Source of the DNA: Roseibacillus sp.
Lineage (GTDB): Bacteria; Verrucomicrobiota; Verrucomicrobiia; Verrucomicrobiales; Akkermansiaceae
Reading direction: 5' to 3'
DNA length: 64,000 bases
Assembly: GCA_051251855.1 (NCBI GenBank)
Contig: JBPOGI010000001.1
Location: 1,536,001-1,600,000 of the forward strand
In this document: positions 19,529 to 29,505 of the stretch, piece by piece
Layout of the letters: each line of letters opens with the position of its first letter
Numbering within the stretch: position 1 is the first letter of the stretch
Notes under the pieces: model-generated
The model's database searches: none
Told to the model about the DNA's origin: nothing
Seen by the model: only the letters and a program-made list of their open reading frames with translations
Program-made: the position numbers and the translations under genes

Positions 19529-21022
19529 ATGAAAATCAATCTCAGCTCCAGAATCTCCCTCGTCAGCGGGCTCCTTCTTTCTTTTATTCACCTTGCGCAG
19601 GCCGAAGCTCCCCGCCCGAACATCATCGTCATCATGTGCGACGATCTGGGCTATGCCGACGTGGGATTCAATGGCTCACAGGACATCCGCACCCCCCATC
19701 TCGATGCTCTCGCCAAGGATGGAGTGGTCTGCACCTCGGGCTACGTGGCCCATCCCTTCTGCGGCCCCAGCCGGATGGCAATGATGACCGGTCGCTACCC
19801 CCACACCTTTGGAGGCCCATTCAACCTTCCTGCTGCCAGCGCCGGCATTGAAAAATACAACAGCCAGGGCATCGACCCGAAACAGAAACTGATGAGCACT
19901 GTTCTGCAAGAGAGCGGCTACCACACTGGAATCATTGGCAAGTGGCACCTCGGAATCACCGCAGAGCACCATCCCAACGCCCGAGGCTTTGATGACTTCT
20001 ACGGTTTTCTCGCGGGCGGCCATGACTACTTCCCGGAGAAATTTCAGCCCAAGTACGAAGCCGCAGTGGCTCGGGGAGCTAAGAACATTTGGGACTACAT
20101 CCTTCCTCTCGAACACAATGGTAAAGACGTGAAGGAGACGGAATATCTCACCGACGGACTTTCCCGCGAAGCTTGTCGTTTCATCGAAGACTCAAAGAAG
20201 GCCGAGAAACCCTTCTTTCTCTTCCTCTCCTACAACGCTCCGCACACCCCAATGGAGGCAAAAGAGGAGGACATGGCCGAATTTGTTGAAATCGAAAACA
20301 AGCAGCGACGCATCGTGGCCGGAATGGTCTATGCCGTTGACCGCGGAGTCGGCAAAGTGGTCGAGACTCTCCAGAAAACCGAGACCGCCGAAAACACCCT
20401 TATCGTTTTCCTCAGCGACAACGGCGGACGCACCGATCAGGGCAACCTCAACACTCCCCTACGGGGTTCCAAAGGCGACACTTGGGAAGGCGGCATACGG
20501 GTTCCGATGCTCTTCCACTGGCCTGCAGTGATCAAGAAAGGCCGCACTCATCAACATCCGGTGAGCACCATTGACTTCTACCCCACTTTTGCTGCTTTGG
20601 CTGGTGCAAAGATTCCCGAAGGAAAAAAGCTTGATGGCAAAAACCTGACTCAGTCCATCCAGTCCGGTGTATGCGCTCGCCCGGGAGAAATGCTCTACAC
20701 CATCCGCCACCGCATGTCCAAAAACGACACCCCGCATCATCAGGTTGGCGGTCGTCGCGACCAGTGGAAGATCTATCGCGGCATGCGTGACTGGCAGCTC
20801 TTTGACGCCAATTCCGACCCCGGCGAAACCAGCAACCTCGCTGCCAAGCATCCTGAGATTTTGAAGGAGATGGTCTCCGAGATGGCCGATTGGGCCAAAA
20901 CTCACACTCAACCCCTCTGGTTTGACGATCTCGCACAAGAGAAGCGTTGGCTCGAAGGTAAACTCCCCTACTACGAAGAAACCTTCTCCTTCACCCCCCT
21001 TCCTTTTCTGCAAAAGAAGTAG
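19529..21022 (+). CDS. Secreted S1 sulfatase resembling S1_19 exo-acting carrageenan sulfatases
   Basis: DDLGYAD, AHPFCGPSR, GKWHLG, YNAPHTP and DNGG motifs (subfamily not verified). Confidence 0.87.
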   Translation: MKINLSSRISLVSGLLLSFIHLAQAEAPRPNIIVIMCDDLGYADVGFNGSQDIRTPHLDALAKDGVVCTSGYVAHPFCGPSRMAMMTGRYPHTFGGPFNLPAASAGIEKYNSQGIDPKQKLMSTVLQESGYHTGIIGKWHLGITAEHHPNARGFDDFYGFLAGGHDYFPEKFQPKYEAAVARGAKNIWDYILPLEHNGKDVKETEYLTDGLSREACRFIEDSKKAEKPFFLFLSYNAPHTPMEAKEEDMAEFVEIENKQRRIVAGMVYAVDRGVGKVVETLQKTETAENTLIVFLSDNGGRTDQGNLNTPLRGSKGDTWEGGIRVPMLFHWPAVIKKGRTHQHPVSTIDFYPTFAALAGAKIPEGKKLDGKNLTQSIQSGVCARPGEMLYTIRHRMSKNDTPHHQVGGRRDQWKIYRGMRDWQLFDANSDPGETSNLAAKHPEILKEMVSEMADWAKTHTQPLWFDDLAQEKRWLEGKLPYYEETFSFTPLPFLQKK

Positions 21023-21033
21023 TATTCAGGTTT

Positions 21034-21102
21034 GGTAGGGACGTCTCACCGAGGCGTCTGCGATTGGAACCTTTGCGGATGCCTCGGCGAGGCATCCCTA
21101 CC
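21034..21102. repeat. REP-like inverted doublet (GTAG class)
   Basis: GGTAGGGACGTCTCACCGAGGCGTCTGC ... GCGGATGCCTCGGCGAGGCATCCCTACC: about 28-nt inverted arms, each with an internal hairpin. Confidence 0.75.
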
Positions 21103-21213
21103 CTCTCCCACATCATCTCCTTAAAATCCGCACTATTTTTTGAATCATGCTCGGCTTGCCGAGACGACACGCGGGATTAGCTTATTAGCAATACGGCAGT
21201 AAAACGAGCATCC

Positions 21214-24200
21214 ATGAATTCCTCAAAACTATCCCTCCCACTTCTAGCTTTTCTGAGCCTGGCCAAAATCGCTACCGCCGAAATCGTCTATGAAGACGAC
21301 TTCACGGGTGCCGCACTCTCTTCGGATTGGAACATCACCATCGGAACTCCGGTCACTTTGGATGATCCCAATGACCAAGCAGACTACGACCATGTCGCAG
21401 GCACTTCCCGGCGCTTCCTCAACTACAACGATCTCCTTGTCAGCAAGACCGGCTACTTCAAGGCTGAGATTTCCAACCTCGTAGGTGCTTCGGTTTGGAT
21501 CGGATTCGTCAACAATTCCCATGGCAACAACGCCAACTACGCACAGACTCTGGTCAACGCGAACGGAACCTATGAAATGTTTTTCAACAACACCACCGGC
21601 TCACTTCCCTTCGACAACGGAGCAGGATGGACGGGCACTCTGGCAGCCGGCGCCGGAACTTGGACCACCGACGGCGGAACCACTGAAGCAGCATTGATTG
21701 TCGGTGGCAGCTTCCCCAACGACAGCAACATCTTCGGTTTCGGTTTTGCCAACTTCGGGAACGGCGGCGTTTTCCCCTCTTCCTCTTTCAGCATCGACTC
21801 CGTCAACGCTGGGGATTCCCTCACCGTGGTGCCCAGCGGCAACACCGCTCCCACAGTCAATGTCACCGCGCCCGCCGATTCTACCACGGTCGCGATTGGA
21901 AGCACCGTCAACTTCACCGCCACCGCAAACGATACCGATGATGGCGACCTCGGTGCCAGCGTGACTTGGACCTCAGATCTCGACGGTAACTTGGGAACGG
22001 GAGCGAGCATCAGTGCCAGCTCACTCTCTCTAGGAACCCACACCATCACCGCCAGCGTGACCGACAGCGGCTCTCTTTCGGGCGACGACTCCATCACCAT
22101 CACGGTCAACGACCCCTCTAACACCCCTCCCACCGTCACCATCACAAGTCCAACCACCGGGACCGAGATTGACACTGGAACTCTTCTCAGTTTCTCCGGA
22201 ACCGCGAGCGATGTTCAAGATGGCAACCTTACCGCCAGTCTTTCGTGGACTTCCAGCATTGATGGCAATATTGGAACCGGAGCAAGCTTCAGCACTTCCG
22301 CCCTCTCCACCGGCACCCATCTCATCACCGCTTCTACAGTTGATAGCGGCACCCTTGCTGGTGACGACTCCATTACAATCGTCGTCAGCTTCAATGGAGC
22401 AACACGCCCCAACATCATCGTCATCATCTGCGACGATGCCGGTTATGCCGACTTTGAATTCATGAACGGACTCAGCGGCGAAACATCCGAGGTTCCCACT
22501 CCTCACCTCAATGCTCTCGCCGACCGCGGAGTGACTTTCTCCCGCGCCTACGTGGCCGCCAACTGCCAGCCCACCCGAGCCGCAATGGTCACCGGAGCCT
22601 ACCAAGCACGGATCGGTAACGAAAACGTCGGAAACAACAACTTTCTCTCCAACCAAATTTTCGAAGGAGTTCCTGTGGAAACAGACACCGTCTGGGACCG
22701 CATGAAAGCCCTCGGCTATTCCACCGGAGCAATTGGCAAGTGGCACCTCGGCTCCATCGCCGACACCCCCACCCAACTCGGCAATCGCCCCGAGAATCAG
22801 GGCATCGACGAGTTCTATGGCTTCTGGCACGGATCCAGGAACTTCTTAGCGGGAAGTTACAACGAGCAAAGCGACCCCACCAACCCGCTGCAACTGCGCT
22901 ACATTCGCGAAGCCATTGTCCATCCCGATGGCAGCAAGACCGACACTGTCGTTGAGTATTCCAAATACGCGGATGTCCCCAGCGCACCGCAATACATCAC
23001 CAACATTCTCGGTGACTACGCCGAACAATTTGTCGCTGACCACCACGCCGACCCCGATCCTTTTTTCCTCTACGTCGCTCACCCCGCTCCCCACAAGCCC
23101 TGGACCAATGAGTCTCCGGACTACAACGATCCTCGCATCACATCATTGGCTCCTGTGGAACGACGCCAAGTGGCTTCCATGATGATCACCATGGACAAGG
23201 AAATTGGCGATTTGATGGACCAGTTGGAAGACCCTAACGAAGACGGTGACACTTCCGACAGCATCGTGGACAACACCCTTGTCATCTTCATCAACGACAA
23301 CGGCGGCGTCTCGGGCGGCGGCACCGACAACGGCATTCTCAATGGCGTCAAAGGCTCTCCCCACGACGGCGGAATCTGCGTCCCCATGATTATGGCCGGC
23401 GCCGGAATCGATCCCAGTCTCATTGACACTGTCTTTGATAAGCCCGTCCATGGCATCGACATCCTCCCCACTTCTGTCGCTCTCGGTGGCGGCACCATCG
23501 ACCCCGTCGCCGACAAGGTGGACGGCGTCAATCTCATCCCCTTTATCAACGGCGAGAACACCAACGACCCGCACGACGTGCTCGTCCACCGCTGGCGCGG
23601 AACCTTCTCAGTCATCGATGGCGACTGGAAGTTAGTCAACACCCACAATACTGATGCCGGCCCCGACCGCTATCGTCTCTACAACCTCGCGACCGACCGA
23701 GGCGAAACCAACAGCATTATTTCCGACCCCACCCATGCCAACCGCGTGGAAGCAATGAAGCGTGATCTCACCGACCATGAAGCCACTTGGGACAAACCAA
23801 GATACCCCATCCTCGCCCGCACCCTCGAAACCGAGCCCCTCAATATCTTCGACCACTTCGTTTTCCGCCCGGGCCTGAGCACTGAGTGGGATGGCGGCGC
23901 TGCCTATTCGGGCTCGACCTACACTGGCGGCGTCGACAACTGGTTCCGAGCCGGCACCACCGAAGCCCACCAAATGTATTGGTCGGACTCCTTCACTGGA
24001 GCAGTCCTCGAGTTTCCTGTTCACAATGCCGACTACACCGCCAATAACGACATGCGGCGCAAAACTGGAATGGAGTTCATGCTCAACAAAATCATTCTCA
24101 GCGGCGATTTTTCGGAATCCACCGACCACACTGCCACCATGGGAGGAAACGACATCCTCTTCACCAACACTCTCGCGGGTGTGGCCCCCGAGATTTCTAA

Positions 24201-24999
24201 CGAAACTCTCCAAAGCGGAACCAATCAGTTCACCTACGACCTCGACCTCAACATCCAGATGTATCACGACCTCACTCTCTCCGGTGATGGCCCTGCCCAA
24301 GTCAACCTCAACGGCGAACTCACCCAACACTTCGCTGACCGAGGCTTGAAGAAAACCGGAACCAGCTCCGCCGCGGTCACCGGCACCCGCACCTACGCCG
24401 GAGACACCACCGTCGAAGGCGGAACCCTAAGCTTCGGTCAAGCCAACCCCAACGACGAAGCAGCCACCGTCACCATTGCGCAGGCAGGAGCTACCTTGGA
24501 ACTCCTGTTCTCCGGCACCGACACCGTGGACAAACTCTTCATCGGAGGCGTGCAGCAACCTGCAGGGGTCTATGAAGCAGTAGGCAATCCCGGTTCTGGC
24601 ATTGAAATCCCCCAAATCACCGGCTCCGGAACCTTGACCGTCGTCGACTCTCCGGAGGGTTACTCGCAGTGGGCCGGTGAAAATGCTCCCGGCCAAGCCA
24701 TCACCGAAGATCACGACAATGATGGCACTCCCAACGGCATCGAATACTTCATGGGAGAATCAGGCTCCTCCTTCACTCCAAATGCAACCTTGGATGCGAG
24801 TCTGGTCATTTCCTGGCCCATGGGAACCAACTACTTGGGAGACTATTCCAATGACTACTATGTCGAAACCTCTCCCAACCTGATTGATTGGACACCGGTA
24901 TCCAATCTCGACGTCACTATCAATCCCGGCCTCTCTGTCAGCTATTCCTTGCCTTCTAGTTTAGATACTCTCTTTGCGAGACTAGCAGTCATTCGCTAG
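21214..24999 (+). CDS. Large modular sulfatase: signal peptide, lectin-like domain, two Ig-like repeats, S1 sulfatase, autotransporter-associated beta-strand repeat, Verrucomicrobia-type C-terminal domain
   Basis: NTAPTV/NTPPTV repeats 93 aa apart; DDAGY, CQPTR, GKWHLG; 'GLKKTGT..VTGTRTYAGDTTVEGGTL'; DHDNDG..IEYFMG...LFARL. Confidence 0.85.
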   Translation: MNSSKLSLPLLAFLSLAKIATAEIVYEDDFTGAALSSDWNITIGTPVTLDDPNDQADYDHVAGTSRRFLNYNDLLVSKTGYFKAEISNLVGASVWIGFVNNSHGNNANYAQTLVNANGTYEMFFNNTTGSLPFDNGAGWTGTLAAGAGTWTTDGGTTEAALIVGGSFPNDSNIFGFGFANFGNGGVFPSSSFSIDSVNAGDSLTVVPSGNTAPTVNVTAPADSTTVAIGSTVNFTATANDTDDGDLGASVTWTSDLDGNLGTGASISASSLSLGTHTITASVTDSGSLSGDDSITITVNDPSNTPPTVTITSPTTGTEIDTGTLLSFSGTASDVQDGNLTASLSWTSSIDGNIGTGASFSTSALSTGTHLITASTVDSGTLAGDDSITIVVSFNGATRPNIIVIICDDAGYADFEFMNGLSGETSEVPTPHLNALADRGVTFSRAYVAANCQPTRAAMVTGAYQARIGNENVGNNNFLSNQIFEGVPVETDTVWDRMKALGYSTGAIGKWHLGSIADTPTQLGNRPENQGIDEFYGFWHGSRNFLAGSYNEQSDPTNPLQLRYIREAIVHPDGSKTDTVVEYSKYADVPSAPQYITNILGDYAEQFVADHHADPDPFFLYVAHPAPHKPWTNESPDYNDPRITSLAPVERRQVASMMITMDKEIGDLMDQLEDPNEDGDTSDSIVDNTLVIFINDNGGVSGGGTDNGILNGVKGSPHDGGICVPMIMAGAGIDPSLIDTVFDKPVHGIDILPTSVALGGGTIDPVADKVDGVNLIPFINGENTNDPHDVLVHRWRGTFSVIDGDWKLVNTHNTDAGPDRYRLYNLATDRGETNSIISDPTHANRVEAMKRDLTDHEATWDKPRYPILARTLETEPLNIFDHFVFRPGLSTEWDGGAAYSGSTYTGGVDNWFRAGTTEAHQMYWSDSFTGAVLEFPVHNADYTANNDMRRKTGMEFMLNKIILSGDFSESTDHTATMGGNDILFTNTLAGVAPEISNETLQSGTNQFTYDLDLNIQMYHDLTLSGDGPAQVNLNGELTQHFADRGLKKTGTSSAAVTGTRTYAGDTTVEGGTLSFGQANPNDEAATVTIAQAGATLELLFSGTDTVDKLFIGGVQQPAGVYEAVGNPGSGIEIPQITGSGTLTVVDSPEGYSQWAGENAPGQAITEDHDNDGTPNGIEYFMGESGSSFTPNATLDASLVISWPMGTNYLGDYSNDYYVETSPNLIDWTPVSNLDVTINPGLSVSYSLPSSLDTLFARLAVIR

Positions 25000-25100
25000 C
25001 GCTCGGCTTGCGAACGTTAGATATGAAGCTGGCAGGCAGTGTTAATTATGCGTCCTGACACTGCATCGCAACAACTTGAGGCGCTCCGACCAAAGCCATT

Positions 25101-25820
25101 ATGATTCCTCACCACTCCCTCCTCGCCCTTCTGTTTTTCCTGTCTTTCCTAGCTTTTTCACAAGGGCAGGAACAAACGGTGAAGACAGAAATCTTAACGC
25201 TGAGCTTCGGTAAGAGCCTGCCAGAATGCTATATTCTCAACGGCAACAAGACGGAGAAAATTTCCATCATTCCCCAGCGACTGAGCGTTCCCCTAAAATA
25301 CAGCGGTTCGTCCAAGCTCCACTTCTTTGCAAGTGAAGAAGAAGCTAAGGCTTCCAGACTGGCAAATAGCACCAGCGAACCTCTCGCCACTTTCGACATT
25401 CCGAGTTCAGGCGATCAAACACTTCTCGTTCTTGATTTTTCCAACAAAGAAGTGAAAACAGAAGGAGAAGAAGAGGTGCCAGTGCCCGTGGCGAAAGCCT
25501 TTCCCATTTCCAACAAGGATTTTAAAGTTGGTGATTATCTCGTTTTCAATTTCTCCGAGAAAGACGTCCACCTTTATCTGGGCGAGTTGGAACTCGAGTT
25601 GGCCGGCGGCGAAAATGGGACCATCAGTGATGCTACCCTTCGCAAAGAAAGCTCTGACCTTACCGTACGTCTTCAAACTGAGGTCATGGAAGAAGCACGT
25701 GACGTCTACTCGTCTATATGGGGGCACCGAAACATTCAGCGTAACTTTCTCTTCATTCTTGATCGGGACGATAAATTTCGCCCTCTCAACCTCCGCAAAT
25801 ACAGCGACGTCCCCTCCTAA
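25101..25820 (+). CDS. Hypothetical exported protein
   Basis: 239-aa ORF with a signal peptide; no recognisable catalytic motif. Confidence 0.7.
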   Translation: MIPHHSLLALLFFLSFLAFSQGQEQTVKTEILTLSFGKSLPECYILNGNKTEKISIIPQRLSVPLKYSGSSKLHFFASEEEAKASRLANSTSEPLATFDIPSSGDQTLLVLDFSNKEVKTEGEEEVPVPVAKAFPISNKDFKVGDYLVFNFSEKDVHLYLGELELELAGGENGTISDATLRKESSDLTVRLQTEVMEEARDVYSSIWGHRNIQRNFLFILDRDDKFRPLNLRKYSDVPS

Positions 25821-26033
25821 ACTGGTTATCGCTGACTTCAGCCAGCTATCAGGAGATTGACCGAAACAACAACCCCGATGAAGGAACGACTCAAATCACG
25901 ATTCAATTAAGCGAGGCTATCGGCGATCAGAGTCAACAATTTTACCGAGCCAGCTGGCAGTTAGAATAACCGCAGTTCGCCCACCCCCCTACCGAGTGAG
26001 GGCGCGAGAATTTTTGGCCTCAAAGAGAAGAAA

Positions 26034-27917
26034 TTACATCTCAACTTGATAGACTCTGTTCGTCTCCTCAACTTCCGCTGTAAAAACCTCACCATTACTG
26101 AGTTTCACTTTCACCGTGACGGGCCCTTTGTGTTTGCCCAGACCAAAATGAAGATAGCGATTGAAGCTTCGCGAATAAGGTGCTCCTCCAGTTCCACAAC
26201 GTTTAGTTTGAGTGCTCTCGCCCGCTTTGACCGAGACGAGTGCTCCGAGGCGAGTCGCCTCCCCCGCCACCGGATTGCCCAAATCTACCAGCAGATAGGA
26301 TCCCTTTGCGAGTCGTTGGTTGCGGAAAAGATGCCACTTACCCCGCTCGTTGCCAAGAATGGCATCAACTTTACCATCTAGATTGTAATCCAAGGGTTCG
26401 ACCCCCATGCCAATTGCAGCGAGTTCAGGGGCCACAATACCATGATTCTTCGACCGTCGGAAAGAACCGTCACCATTGTTTAACCAAAGAACAGACTCGT
26501 TAGACGTAACGAGGTCACCCCGGCAGGCAACAAGAATATCTTCAAAGCCGTTGTTGTCGAAATCCGCCACCGCCGCGCCAGTGGAGTGCTCCTCGCTCAC
26601 GATACCAGCAGACTGAGTAACATCCACGAAGCGACCCTCTTGGTTTTCCAACAAGATATCACGAGGACCACGTTTCTTCTCGTTCACGGAGGGATTCTTG
26701 ACCCCTTTCACCACCGCAGTCATTGGACTCCAGCTTTCCCCTTGAAGTCGCCATTTCTGATTTCCGACATAGCCGATGTAGAGACCCTTCTCAATTTGAG
26801 TATCAGGCCAACCGAGAGTGTCGCTGTTCACGAAACGAATATCCTTCCCCGAATGAGTCTCACCAGGAAAGGAATAAGAGAGACCTGGCTCTCCGGTAAA
26901 GACCTTCATATCCGGCCAAGGGGTGAGAAAGTTCTCCATTTCAAGGACCTCACCCACTTCCAGGTCTTCAGAGCGCCACCTCTGCCGTTTGTTGAAAAAG
27001 CCCCAAGTTTCACTAGATGGATCGTAGAAGGTGTCGCCCGCCTCCATCTCCTCCCCGCGGCTCAAAAAGAGATCGAAGTCGCCATCATTGTCATAGTCGA
27101 GTTCGACCGCCCCAGTGACCCCCTCGATAGAACCGGGAAAGATGGCCTTACCCACTTCTCTAAAAGTGACATCTCCCTGACCGGCGAATGCTCGCAATGC
27201 CCCGTGACCATACATCACGATGTCTTCAGTTCCATCATTCTGAAAATCGGTCACGAGCACCTTTTGCCCGTCCTTATACGAGAGCGGAAGAGGAGTATGG
27301 GGAGTGAGGGTGCCGCTCGCATTGAGGCGAACGTAGTTCTCACTTTGACCCCGCCGCTCTGCAGAAGGAAAGGCCAGATTGAGAAGATCCAGATCACCGT
27401 CATTGTCACCGTCGAAAAAGGTAACCGTCCGACCTCGCATTCCTTCCAAGGGAACATCCAACTCAGGCAAGCGGGTAAAACTGCGATCTTTGCCCACCCG
27501 ATAAATCATCGCATTCCGTGCGTTCGCTCCTGCCCCGCCACCGCGAGAAACAACTACCTCGTGCAGCCCGTCCTGATCGTAGTCGCCGATTGTGATCCCA
27601 TGCAGATCACCCATAACGAGATCCCACGGCTCAGCGAATCGACCCTTGTTATTCCACATAATCTGGATGGCATAACCATGCTCATTGATAATGAGGTCCG
27701 GCCAACCGTCTTGGTCCAAATCTGCTACGTTCGGACCCTCCCATTTTCTCAGGTTCTTATCCACGCGAGGAAAATCCCTCGAGCTGACTCCAACAAATCC
27801 CGAGGGTTCCCCGGAAGCATTTTCATTCAACTTTGAATAGACTGTCACCGCAGTGAAAATGCCGCAGGAACACGCGAGGATCAAAGGGAGGGAAACAAAT
27901 TTCATAAGGTCGTTCAT
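26034..27917 (-). CDS. ASPIC/UnbV (CRTAC1-like) FG-GAP repeat protein, paralogue of 15825-17711
   Basis: DLDQDG, DYDNDGD and DFDNNG repeats; 'LHFGLG'. Start uncertain (27917 or 27905). Confidence 0.85.
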   Translation of the reverse strand: MNDLMKFVSLPLILACSCGIFTAVTVYSKLNENASGEPSGFVGVSSRDFPRVDKNLRKWEGPNVADLDQDGWPDLIINEHGYAIQIMWNNKGRFAEPWDLVMGDLHGITIGDYDQDGLHEVVVSRGGGAGANARNAMIYRVGKDRSFTRLPELDVPLEGMRGRTVTFFDGDNDGDLDLLNLAFPSAERRGQSENYVRLNASGTLTPHTPLPLSYKDGQKVLVTDFQNDGTEDIVMYGHGALRAFAGQGDVTFREVGKAIFPGSIEGVTGAVELDYDNDGDFDLFLSRGEEMEAGDTFYDPSSETWGFFNKRQRWRSEDLEVGEVLEMENFLTPWPDMKVFTGEPGLSYSFPGETHSGKDIRFVNSDTLGWPDTQIEKGLYIGYVGNQKWRLQGESWSPMTAVVKGVKNPSVNEKKRGPRDILLENQEGRFVDVTQSAGIVSEEHSTGAAVADFDNNGFEDILVACRGDLVTSNESVLWLNNGDGSFRRSKNHGIVAPELAAIGMGVEPLDYNLDGKVDAILGNERGKWHLFRNQRLAKGSYLLVDLGNPVAGEATRLGALVSVKAGESTQTKRCGTGGAPYSRSFNRYLHFGLGKHKGPVTVKVKLSNGEVFTAEVEETNRVYQVEM

Positions 27918-28109
27918 TCTCGCGGAAGAAACTCTCACGCCCTCTCACACAAGATCGACGTGAGGCAAGACCGCCTTCTACCCAATACTGCCACCTAGCG
28001 GCCCATTCTAACTTGAATAGCCCAAAGAGACCCCAGCTTTTAACCTTAAGCGTTAGGAACCCAAACACTCGGCAGTCTTTCATCCGAGGCAGTTGTGGTT
28101 TCAAGGGAT

Positions 28110-28504
28110 TTGTCGATCTCATCCCCAAGCCGGTGATCGATTCCGATTTGGAACGGCTTCCATGGCCCGAGCGATCAGCTGAAGTGGTTCGTCACGCTCT
28201 CCTGAGCGCCGAATACTGGCTCAGCCGCAGTGGCTGGCTCCGTGAATGGATTCGATTCAACCTGTGGCTGGCCGTTGTCCTAATCGTCAGCGCCGTCCTG
28301 ATCGTCCCACCCGTGACGGCCCTGCTAGAGGGCGTCAGGGATTGGAGCGGGCTGGTCAGCGTGACCTTAGTCAATGTGAATACTGCGGTCGCAGGGTTAC
28401 CCCCAATCGTCTTGGCACTCGTCACTGCCTTCTTGGTAGTGAAGCTGTTCAAACGATACTTCGAAAACCGTCACCCCCAACGCCACCACCCCTACAACAA
28501 CTAA
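28110..28504 (+). pseudogene. Probable 5'-truncated membrane protein gene remnant
   Basis: Protein-like sequence from IPKPVIDSD to the stop, with two hydrophobic segments, no convincing start codon and a terminator downstream. Confidence 0.4.
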
Positions 28505-28519
28505 GAGAGAATCCCCAAG

Positions 28520-28560
28520 GACCCGTCCCCGGCTTCACGGCCGGGGGCTGGTCTTTTTTT
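28520..28560 (+). terminator. Rho-independent terminator
   Basis: CCCCGGC-ttcacg-GCCGGGG stem, extended by GACC/GGTC, then T7. Confidence 0.7.
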
Positions 28561-29113
28561 AGCTATCAGTGAGTCAGATTAGTTTGCAGCGATTTCCTGT
28601 AATTATACACTTTGCTGGGGTGCCTGTCTCAGCAGTAGCTCGACCTTTCCGAATTGGGATCGTCGACCCTCTTCCAGAATATGTACAGCCTGGGGAAGTA
28701 TTTCAGAGGTCAAATCCCACCGTAGTCTTGACGCAATCTCGACCAGTTAGTTTTATTTACCTACCTAAGGCAACTTGTAACAAACACAATAAAAGCGACT
28801 TGAGATCACATCAAGACCCGGCGCGTCAGCCAGTCAAACCAGATTACCAAAATTTTCTAAAAACAGAAAAATGGGGGCTGTTAATCTCAACGGCCACCGG
28901 GGTCACAGACACTGCGTGAAACTGGTAGCTGCCGCACTGTGAGAAATACCTCGTTCAAGCTCCGCATCAACATGCAGGAGGACAAGGGAGAATCTGGTTG
29001 AAGGACATCTCGAGCACCCAAAATTCATGCCCGTTTGTTTGAAAAGTGTTTGAATCACCACAAAGGGAATCAGGGTAACATCACAACTCACTGAAAACAA
29101 GTGATTTGAAAAA

Positions 29114-29469
29114 GTGGAGGCGAGGGGGATCGAACCCCTGTCCTAGATGCCTTTCTTGCAAGCGTCTACATGTGTAGCGTGACGTTTCTGTTTTAAGAAA
29201 TCCGAGCCTCATCGCGCCCGTTCGGAAATCCGATGTTCCTGTTGTGTCTCACTGTTTTGTCCGGAACCCCGACGCTACAGCCAGTCTGCTAAGTAGTCGC
29301 CCCGCACCCTAACAGACATCAGGATTGGGACGTTGCCGTCAATTAAGCAGCAAGTGCGAGCTCGTTAGAGTCTGCAATTATGTTTTTGGGCGGCTTTTTA
29401 AGAGGCCAACCGACCAACCTCTACATGCAGCCAGCGATTCCAACATCCAGTCGAAGCCATGGCGCCCCC
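29114..29469 (-). ncRNA. ssrA: tmRNA (transfer-messenger RNA), encoded tag ADSNELALAA
   Basis: 5' GGGGGCGCCATGGCTTCGAC; 3' AGGGGTTCGATCCCCCTCGCCTCCA with a G3-U Ala acceptor stem; internal frame 29375-29343 GCA GAC TCT AAC GAG CTC GCA CTT GCT GCT TAA; CCA not fully encoded. Confidence 0.96.
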
Positions 29470-29505
29470 TATTTGGGTTACCCATAGGATGCACTACAAC
29501 GGATT

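Noticed and set aside
28569..29100. ORFs 28569-28919 and 28903-29100
   Set aside because: No recognisable motifs and atypical composition; treated as decayed or non-coding DNA.
29114..29145. tRNA-like T-arm and acceptor sequence
   Set aside because: It is the 3' end of the tmRNA, not a separate tRNA; there is no anticodon arm.
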